A stretch of DNA of 46,111 nucleotides from Bacillota bacterium (GTDB lineage Bacteria; Bacillota; Bacilli; Bacillales; Cytobacillaceae). Both the position numbers and the translations under genes were made by a program. The notes below the pieces were generated by a model. That model did no database searches and was not told the origin of the DNA. It saw nothing but the letters and a program-made list of their open reading frames with translations. This document shows positions 39,398 through 46,111 of this stretch, one piece after another (position 1 is the stretch's first letter; each line of letters begins with the position of its first letter). The stretch covers positions 1 to 46,111 of the forward strand of contig JAEWDX010000125.1 in NCBI GenBank assembly GCA_023389895.1, in the 5' to 3' direction.

Positions 39398-40999
39398 GTG
39401 AATAAGATGTTTACAAATAGTATGAAATTAGTACGTTTTATTATCCGACGTGATCGTATTAGTCTGTCTATTTGGCTGATTGGCATAATCGCCCTTACTG
39501 TAGTCATGCCAAGCTTACTTCAAGACATGTTTCCAACAGCAGTAGAGAGGCAAGCAATTATCGTAACTTTGGAAAATCCAGCCATTATCGCTATGCTTGG
39601 ACCTGGGTATGGCTTTGCCAACTATACAATCGGAGCGATGAACGGTCATTATATGCTTCTGTGGATGGCGATGATTGTCGGATTAATGAATATGTTCTTC
39701 GTTGTTCGTCATACACGTGCTGATGAGGAAGTTGGCAGATTGGAATTAGTTCGCGCATTACCTGTCGGTAGACTATCAAAGCTTACTTCTATTTTTATCG
39801 TTGCTGTAGGCTTTAATGTGCTACTTGCACTATTAACAGGGGTTGGGCTGTACGCTACGAATGTGGAGAGTATTACTTTAGAGGGTTCCTTATTATTTGG
39901 AATTGGCTTGGGCGTAAGCGGGCTTTTATTTGCTGCTATCACAGCTTTATTTGCTCAGTTATCAAGCACATCTCGAGGAGCAATTGGACTTTCTGTTGTT
40001 TTTCTAATTTTAGCCTATTTAGTTCGTGCTAGTGGAGATATTAATAATGAAGTCCTTGCTCGCATTTCACCACTTGGGTTAATTTTACGAACAGAGGTAT
40101 ATGTCAACGACTATTGGTGGCCTGTATGGATTGTAGTAATAGAGGCGATTGTGTTTGGTGCTATTGCGCTTTACCTCCATGCTATTCGTGACTTAGGGGC
40201 TGGCTTTATTCCAGCAAAACCTGGTCGAAAAGCAGCCTCAACCTTTTTACAAAGCACATTTGGCTTATCATGGCGATTATTACGTAATGTAGTTGTTGCT
40301 TGGACGATTGGAATATTTATTCTTGCTGCCGCATATGCTTCTGTTTTAGGTGATTTAGAAACCTTCCTTTCTAACATGGAACTTTTACAAAATATGTTTG
40401 ATACAAGTGATGATGCTTCCTTAACAGAACAATTTATTCCTTTTTTAATGACGATTCTATCAATTCTTAGCTCGATTCCTGTTCTATCCTGTGTCTTAAA
40501 AATAAGAGCGGAGGAAAAACATGGATTAATCGAGCATCTGCTTGTCAGATCTGTATCGAGAAATCGGATCATGGGAAGCTATACGATTATTGCCTTTATT
40601 TGTAGTATTTTGCTTCCTTTCATAACAGCTGTTGGCCTCTGGTCAGTAGGTGAACTAGTAATGAATGATCCTATTTCCTTTACAACCTTTGCAAAAGCCT
40701 CCATGGTGTATATACCTGCATTATGGGTTATGATCGGAATTGCTCTGTTTTTAATTGCCTTCATCCCGTCCTTCACAAGTATTGCTTGGGTATATTTAGG
40801 ATATTCCTTCTATGTTGTGTATATAGGGCAAATTATGCAACTGCCAGAATGGCTAGCAAGTTTAGCCCCATATGGACATATTCCTAAATTACCGATTGAA
40901 GAAATGGCGTGGAGTGAAATCGCCATTTTGACAATCATTGCTTTATTATTAACAATGCTTGGTTTTATCGGCTATCGAAAAAGAGATCTTCATTATTAG
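39398..40999 (+). CDS. ABC exporter permease, TnrB3-like (putative polyketide/ionophore exporter)
   Basis: Two-fold repeated membrane domain; RHTRADEEVGRLELV and RAEEKHG motifs; ..RKRDL end. Confidence 0.8.
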   Translation: MNKMFTNSMKLVRFIIRRDRISLSIWLIGIIALTVVMPSLLQDMFPTAVERQAIIVTLENPAIIAMLGPGYGFANYTIGAMNGHYMLLWMAMIVGLMNMFFVVRHTRADEEVGRLELVRALPVGRLSKLTSIFIVAVGFNVLLALLTGVGLYATNVESITLEGSLLFGIGLGVSGLLFAAITALFAQLSSTSRGAIGLSVVFLILAYLVRASGDINNEVLARISPLGLILRTEVYVNDYWWPVWIVVIEAIVFGAIALYLHAIRDLGAGFIPAKPGRKAASTFLQSTFGLSWRLLRNVVVAWTIGIFILAAAYASVLGDLETFLSNMELLQNMFDTSDDASLTEQFIPFLMTILSILSSIPVLSCVLKIRAEEKHGLIEHLLVRSVSRNRIMGSYTIIAFICSILLPFITAVGLWSVGELVMNDPISFTTFAKASMVYIPALWVMIGIALFLIAFIPSFTSIAWVYLGYSFYVVYIGQIMQLPEWLASLAPYGHIPKLPIEEMAWSEIAILTIIALLLTMLGFIGYRKRDLHY

Positions 41000-41011
41000 A
41001 AGAACTTTTTT

Positions 41012-41071
41012 GTCACGCAAAGTCGTTAATCGTGCCCAAGCAAGATACAAATTGAAAGTTGAGTCACGCAA
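41012..41071. repeat. Degenerate single unit of the 5263-type satellite
   Basis: GTCACGCAA at 41012 and 41063 (51 bp apart); CACGCAAAGTCGTTAATCGTGCC aligns with CACGCAAAGCTGCGAATCGAGCC. Confidence 0.55.
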
Positions 41072-41223
41072 CTCTTTTTCGAGTAAAAAGTTTCAAATGG
41101 AAATTCATCGTTAATGGATACAGTAAGCAGAAGCACAGCAAAATAAGAGGACGACATTTGCATTCAATGCTGCAGGAGCGAGGGCAAATGCTCGTCTCAA
41201 AAAAATTCGCCAAAATTATACCT

Positions 41224-41281
41224 GCTTACAGATTCTCCGAACGAGAAAACCCACTATGGTGTGATAACACCTTTAGGGAGT
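41224..41281. repeat. Dispersed ~60-bp element, copy 2
   Basis: GCTTACAGATTCTCCGAACGAGAAAACCCACTATGGTGTGATAACACCTTTAGGGAGT. Confidence 0.85.
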
Positions 41282-41369
41282 TTCAATCGCTGGCATGTTC
41301 CTTGCTTCTCAAATACGCTTTCGGTAAAGTGGATAGAGGATCAAATTTTGCATGATGGGAGGATCATGA

Positions 41370-42719
41370 ATGACACATATACGTTTTGATTATTCAAATG
41401 CACTTCCGTATATAAAGGAACATGAGCTTACATATTTACAGGACGCTGTTAAAGTGGCCCATCATTCCCTGCATGAACAAACTGGTGCAGGAAGTAACTT
41501 TCTTGGGTGGCTTGACCTGCCTACTAATTACGATAAAGAGGAATATACCCGCATTAAAAAAGCAGCAGAAAAGATTAAGAATGACTCTGATGTTTTATTA
41601 GTCATCGGTATTGGCGGCTCTTATTTAGGCGCGAGAGCAGCAATCGAAATGTTAAACCATAGTTTTTATAATTTGCTTTCGAAGGAAAAACGCAATGCTC
41701 CCCAAATCATTTTTGTCGGTCAAAATATAAGCTCGACTTATATGAAGGATGTCATCGATTTACTTGCGGAGAGAGATTTTTCTATAAATATTATTTCTAA
41801 ATCAGGGACAACAACTGAACCAGCGGTTGCCTTCAGAGCTTTCAAAAAAATATTGGAAGAAAGATATGGGAAGGAAGAAGCGAAGCAAAGAATTTATGCC
41901 ACAACTGATAAAGCAAGAGGAGCGTTAAAAACAGAAGCAATCGACGCGGGCTATGAATCCTTTATCATTCCTGATGATGTTGGCGGACGCTACTCTGTTT
42001 TAACAGCAGTTGGCTTATTACCAATTGCTGTTAGTGGGGCGAACATCGATGAGATGATGGAAGGGGCAAGAAAAGCGCAAACAGATTTTGCGAAATCTGA
42101 GCTAAGTGAGAACATAGCTTACCAATATGCTGTTGTGCGAAATCTTCTATACAATAAGGGCAAATCGATTGAAATCCTTGCAAATTATGAACCAAGTCTT
42201 CAATATTTTTCTGAATGGTGGAAGCAACTATTTGCGGAAAGTGAAGGAAAGGACTTGAAAGGAATTTTCCCTGCATCAGCCAATTTCTCAACTGATCTTC
42301 ATTCGATTGGTCAATATATTCAAGAGGGACGCAGAGATTTATTTGAAACAGTATTAAAAGTAGAAGAGGCCCGTCACGAAGTTTCAATTGAAAAGGCAGA
42401 AAATGACCTTGATGGCTTGAACTATCTTGCAGATAAGACACTTCAATATGTGAATGATAGAGCGCTAGAAGGAACAATGCTCGCTCACACGGATGGTGGA
42501 GTCCCTAATTTAGTCATTTCGCTGCCAAAATTGGATGAATGCACATTTGGCTATTTAGTTTATTTTTTCGAAAAGGCATGTGCGATGAGCGGTTACTTAC
42601 TAGGTGTCAATCCGTTTGATCAGCCTGGGGTAGAAGCTTATAAAGTCAATATGTTTGCACTCCTCGGAAAGCCGGGCTTTGAAGAGAAGAAAGCGGCGTT
42701 AGAAAAACGCTTGAAATAG
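41370..42719 (+). CDS. pgi: Glucose-6-phosphate isomerase
   Basis: [38 protein letters not shown] motifs. Confidence 0.97.
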   Translation: MTHIRFDYSNALPYIKEHELTYLQDAVKVAHHSLHEQTGAGSNFLGWLDLPTNYDKEEYTRIKKAAEKIKNDSDVLLVIGIGGSYLGARAAIEMLNHSFYNLLSKEKRNAPQIIFVGQNISSTYMKDVIDLLAERDFSINIISKSGTTTEPAVAFRAFKKILEERYGKEEAKQRIYATTDKARGALKTEAIDAGYESFIIPDDVGGRYSVLTAVGLLPIAVSGANIDEMMEGARKAQTDFAKSELSENIAYQYAVVRNLLYNKGKSIEILANYEPSLQYFSEWWKQLFAESEGKDLKGIFPASANFSTDLHSIGQYIQEGRRDLFETVLKVEEARHEVSIEKAENDLDGLNYLADKTLQYVNDRALEGTMLAHTDGGVPNLVISLPKLDECTFGYLVYFFEKACAMSGYLLGVNPFDQPGVEAYKVNMFALLGKPGFEEKKAALEKRLK

Positions 42720-42760
42720 GCAAGTAATCGCCAAGGGATTCAATTCATTTAGATTCAACA

Positions 42761-43750
42761 TTAGGCAATGACGATCAATTGATCATTTGGCATAATTTTA
42801 AAAGGGTGCTCGGGATTTAGGAATGTCTCGGCACCCCTTTTTATGCCTAATAAAAGCAGCCCATCATGCAAAAGAATTTGACTCAATTCAATAAATGTTT
42901 GATTAACTGCTTCAGGGGGAGCCGCCTGAAAGGTTAAATTTCGTTTATCAAACTGATATAAAAGATCTAAAAAAGATGTAACGACCTCCTGCGACGTTAT
43001 ACTGTTAATCATGACAAAGCTAGTCAAAATATTCGTTTGCACGATTTCATCAGCTCCTGCTCGCTTCGCATTAAGGATTTGCTCATTCGTTAAAATTTCC
43101 ACAATGCAGGGAATATCATGCCTTAAGCCTTTGACCGTTAATAATGTTAAGATCGTATTCATATCCGCTTGACGCTCACCTTTGTTCGGATCAGCCGTGA
43201 TGATGACCTTTGCTGCCTCATAAATATTCGCTTTGATTAAAATATGATCAAAGTTAGAACAGCCTCGAATAAAATGAACATTCATATCTGGTAATGGATT
43301 CGAATGAAGGGTTTCATCAATTAAGGTGAATGCTCGATTTCTATCCTTTTTCGCAAATGAATGAAGGATTTCGCGAGAACGTTCATTCCAGCCAATAATG
43401 ATGAGATGATTTTTCCCATGATAAGCAGTCCTACCGTTTAGAAATTCGTTCTGCTTCGTTACAGCGACAGTGGCTAAACTGACAAAATAAGAAGCCAAGA
43501 ATCCTGCCCCAACCATGATTAATGAAATCCCTGCTAGCCGCCCGAGCGTTGTTTTCGGGGCAAAATCACCGTAACCGACAGTCGCAGCCGTTACAACTGC
43601 CCACCAGATTCCCTCAAATACGGTCGGAAATTGTTCAGGCTCCAGTAAATGAATGATCACTCCAAATGAGAACATGATGAAGACTGAAATGATAAGTACT
43701 CGAAATATGAGCGGCAACCGTACAAAGTTTGTAAATATATTGTATGACAT
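42761..43750 (-). CDS. yugO: Potassium channel with RCK domain (YugO-like)
   Basis: TVGYGD selectivity filter, IIGWN TrkA-N motif; synteny with pgi. Confidence 0.88.
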   Translation of the reverse strand: MSYNIFTNFVRLPLIFRVLIISVFIMFSFGVIIHLLEPEQFPTVFEGIWWAVVTAATVGYGDFAPKTTLGRLAGISLIMVGAGFLASYFVSLATVAVTKQNEFLNGRTAYHGKNHLIIIGWNERSREILHSFAKKDRNRAFTLIDETLHSNPLPDMNVHFIRGCSNFDHILIKANIYEAAKVIITADPNKGERQADMNTILTLLTVKGLRHDIPCIVEILTNEQILNAKRAGADEIVQTNILTSFVMINSITSQEVVTSFLDLLYQFDKRNLTFQAAPPEAVNQTFIELSQILLHDGLLLLGIKRGAETFLNPEHPFKIMPNDQLIVIA

Positions 43751-43916
43751 CCTATCGCCTCCACTGTTCTAATTATTGACGAATAAAAATATTTTAGGCC
43801 TAGGAAGGAAAGAAAATTGTTATTTTTTGCAAAAAAAATAGCTAGGTTTAACCTAGCGAACGGAAACGATATTCTATGAACGAATGAATAACGGGACTAT
43901 TGAATGAAGTTTAACA

Positions 43917-44081
43917 TTATGAAAAGTGCAAAAGATGTAGGTATATTAGCTTATCTAGCTTTTGGCTTGTATATAATGTTTCATTACTATTTATGCCAGT
44001 TTGGTAAGCAGTATGAATCATTTCCTTTCTCATTTTATTAATTCTTCTTAGTACTAATTGTTCAAGTAAAGCCTTATTCAT
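43917..44081 (-). CDS. Spo0E-family aspartyl-phosphate phosphatase (54 aa, not in ORF track)
   Basis: MNKALLEQLVLRRINKMRKEMIHTAYQTGINSNETLYTSQKLDKLIYLHLLHFS; SQxLD motif; RBS AGGAGAAGAGGA. Confidence 0.88.
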   Translation of the reverse strand: MNKALLEQLVLRRINKMRKEMIHTAYQTGINSNETLYTSQKLDKLIYLHLLHFS

Positions 44082-44148
44082 TATCCTCTTCTCCTATAAA
44101 TTAATCTCTATTAAAGATTATAAAAGATATTTCAAATTACGAAATAGT

Positions 44149-44155
44149 TTCGACA
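44149..44155 (-). promoter_or_regulatory. Spo0A box upstream of the Spo0E-like gene
   Basis: Perfect TGTCGAA on the minus strand ~70 bp upstream of the ATG; short motif, may be chance. Confidence 0.5.
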
Positions 44156-44260
44156 AAGGTTCTGAAAAAAAGACAAAACAAGTAGGGATTACGAGTTTTT
44201 TCACCCTTTGAATAGGGCATTATACCTATTTAACTGACAAATAAAATAGTTTGGTTATTT

Positions 44261-44366
44261 GCTTACAGATTTTCTGAACAAGAAAGCCCACTGCGATGTG
44301 ATAACGCCCCCTTTTTGGGTGAGATGAGAGTGAAGTCGGATACTTAAAGTACCGAATATTCCACGC
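44261..44366. repeat. Dispersed ~60-bp element, copy 3 (possibly with longer 3' part)
   Basis: GCTTACAGATTTTCTGAACAAGAAAGCCCACTGCGATGTGATAACGCCCCCTTTTTGGG followed by GAGATGAGAGTGAAGTCGGATAC..GTACCG. Confidence 0.8.
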
Positions 44367-44522
44367 TATTTTATATTCACGTTGTTGTAAGAAAATTAAA
44401 TTGATAGACTATGTATATGAACAAATATAGAAAAAACAAAAACAACCGTATCCTCTCTATCGGTTTGTGCTGGAGAGGGAAGCTTAGAAAAGTTTTTTTG
44501 TAGACAATAGCTAAAGGAGCGA

Positions 44523-45722
44523 ATGATTGTGGAAAATCCATCCTTGAATACAGAACTTCTACTTGCGAGTGAACGTGGAGGTTTAACTGCTATTAAGAAT
44601 TTACTAAAGGAAGGAGCTAGTGTTGATTTTAAAGATGCTGATGGCCGTACAGCCTTAATGGCAGCTACACAAAGAAATCAGGTAGCAGCTGTGAAAATGC
44701 TTATCGAAGCAGGCAGTGATGTAAATACACGAGATACTACTCAACTATCTCCTTTTATTTGTTCCGCTGCAAATGGATTCCATGAAATTTTGCGATTAAT
44801 GATCGTTGGCGGTGCAGATTTTCCAAGTGTGAATCGTTTTGGAGGAACAGCTCTGCTGCCCTCTAGTGAAAAGGGCTATTTAAAAACAGTTCAAATTTGT
44901 ATTGAAGCCGGAGTTCCAGTCAATCATGTGAATAATTTAGGATGGTCAGCTCTTCTTGAGGCTGTTATTTTAGGTAATGGCGGTCGTTTATACTCTAATA
45001 TTATTCAAACTCTTGTTGAGGCAGGAGCTGATGTGAATTTATCTGATAGAGATGGGAAATCTTCTCTTCAGCATGCAGAAGAACTCCAACAGCATAAGGT
45101 CCTTCAAATTCTTAATAAAGAATATAAAGAAACAAATGAAGCGATTGTGAAAGCAAAGTCTCTTGGTAAAAACGATCAATACGAAGAAGCGATTGCTGAA
45201 ATGAATAAAGCTTTAGAAACAGATCATAAAAATCTTGATTTGATTTACTATAAGGGCTATTTTTTGCAAGAACTGAAGAAATACGAAGAGGCTCTCCAAG
45301 AATACAACAAAGCATTAGCGCTTGATCCGAAAGATCTTGAATTCTATTTCTACACAGCTAATTGCTTAAGATTATGGAAAAAGCCTGAGGAAGCTCTTAA
45401 TGAATACAATAAGGCTTGTGAGCTTGCTCCTGAAGAAACATTCTATCGTTATCATAAATCCAATTATTTAAGAGAGCTTGGCAGACATGGGGAAGCTGTT
45501 GCTGAAATGGATAAGCTGCTGGATCTTCAGCCACATCGTTATGATTTCTCTTTTCATAAGGCAAACAGTCTAAGGTCATTAGGTAAGCATGAAGAGGCGA
45601 TTGAAGCTATCGAAAATGCGATTGCTAATGATCCGGAAAATCCTTTATATCATTTGCACAAAGAGCAATCCCTTGATTTGATTGGAAAGATTCTCAGCAG
45701 GGAGCATGCCGCCGAAAATTGA
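44523..45722 (+). CDS. Ankyrin-repeat (YahD-like) protein fused to TPR repeats
   Basis: GRTALMAA, NRFGGTAL, NNLGWSALLEAVIL, DRDGKSSL ankyrin repeats; C-terminal YEEA/ALALDP TPR units; start may be GTG 44529. Confidence 0.88.
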   Translation: MIVENPSLNTELLLASERGGLTAIKNLLKEGASVDFKDADGRTALMAATQRNQVAAVKMLIEAGSDVNTRDTTQLSPFICSAANGFHEILRLMIVGGADFPSVNRFGGTALLPSSEKGYLKTVQICIEAGVPVNHVNNLGWSALLEAVILGNGGRLYSNIIQTLVEAGADVNLSDRDGKSSLQHAEELQQHKVLQILNKEYKETNEAIVKAKSLGKNDQYEEAIAEMNKALETDHKNLDLIYYKGYFLQELKKYEEALQEYNKALALDPKDLEFYFYTANCLRLWKKPEEALNEYNKACELAPEETFYRYHKSNYLRELGRHGEAVAEMDKLLDLQPHRYDFSFHKANSLRSLGKHEEAIEAIENAIANDPENPLYHLHKEQSLDLIGKILSREHAAEN

Positions 45723-45865
45723 TGCCAGCTTGCAATTTTGTTTAATCTAATCATCTTCATGAACTTGTTAAGTGAACATCTAATATTTGAAAATATATTA
45801 ATAATAGAGTCATTGTAAAAAGAAGGGGCAAGCTGAAAAGTCCATTTTAAGATAAATTTTATTTT

Positions 45866-45906
45866 AAATCCAAGAATGTTGTTCAACAGCATCCTTGGAT
45901 TTTTTT
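45866..45906 (+). terminator. Intrinsic terminator after the ankyrin-TPR gene
   Basis: AAATCCAAG.ATG/CAT.CTTGGATTT plus T tract. Confidence 0.75.
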
Positions 45907-45984
45907 ATGGCTAATTTTAGCTTGGACAATTCATTTTGGACAGCTTATTTGAAGTGAATACTGATGCTATGTGACTGAATGAAA

Positions 45985-46111
45985 GACTTCCCTTTGAAAA
46001 GTTGCTGCTAAAGGTAAGATTGGAGCAACATTTTAACGGTTCCCCCTGAGAAGATGCCGTTAAAGGCAAGCTTGGAGCAACATTTTAACGTTTCCCCCTG
46101 AAAAGATGCCG
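45985..46111. repeat. 52-bp tandem repeat, at least 2 units plus a degenerate lead-in, truncated by the window end
   Basis: TAAAGG at 46009 and 46061; unit TAAAGG(T/C)AAG(A/C)TTGGAGCAACATTTTAACG(G/T)TTCCCCCTGA(G/A)AAGATGCCGT. Confidence 0.92.

Noticed and set aside
41059..41355. 98-aa ORF upstream of pgi
   Set aside because: No RBS or recognisable domain; crosses two repeat remnants, an imperfect hairpin (41147-41198) and the probable pgi promoter
43919..44041. 40-aa plus-strand hydrophobic ORF (MKSAKDVGILAY...)
   Set aside because: No RBS; antisense to the better-supported Spo0E-like gene

Overview
Chromosomal window from an AT-rich, spore-forming Bacillaceae genome, largely syntenic with the B. 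subtilis yumB-yuiBCDE ... yuxO-yufK-pbpD-kapD-kapB-(patB)-yugF-yugI ... pgi-yugO region, with accessory modules inserted. These modules are: a radical SAM/SPASM enzyme followed by a Tat-exported Fe-S protein and a cytochrome b with no catalytic subunit nearby; racA; ald; a T-box-controlled archaeal/eukaryote-type proS; an ECF-like sigma factor ending in -AA next to a clpP; padR-DUF1700-lipoprotein; uppP-MFS; an orphan accC followed by xdhC-mocA; rocD; a TetR-regulated TnrB-like ABC exporter; and an ankyrin-TPR protein. Non-coding DNA carries several small repeat families: three bcr1-like MITE copies that bracket two accessory modules, a three-copy ~60-bp dispersed element, two different 52-bp satellites and a 20-21-bp periodic array. 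Manual translation found two elements absent from the ORF track: a 54-aa Spo0E-family gene and a patB pseudogene remnant. The strongest candidate for an undescribed system is the sigma(-AA)/ClpP pair, which may form a protease-sensing feedback loop. No rRNA, tRNA, CRISPR-cas or transposase was seen. Family assignments come from motif recognition and recalled synteny, not from database searches.
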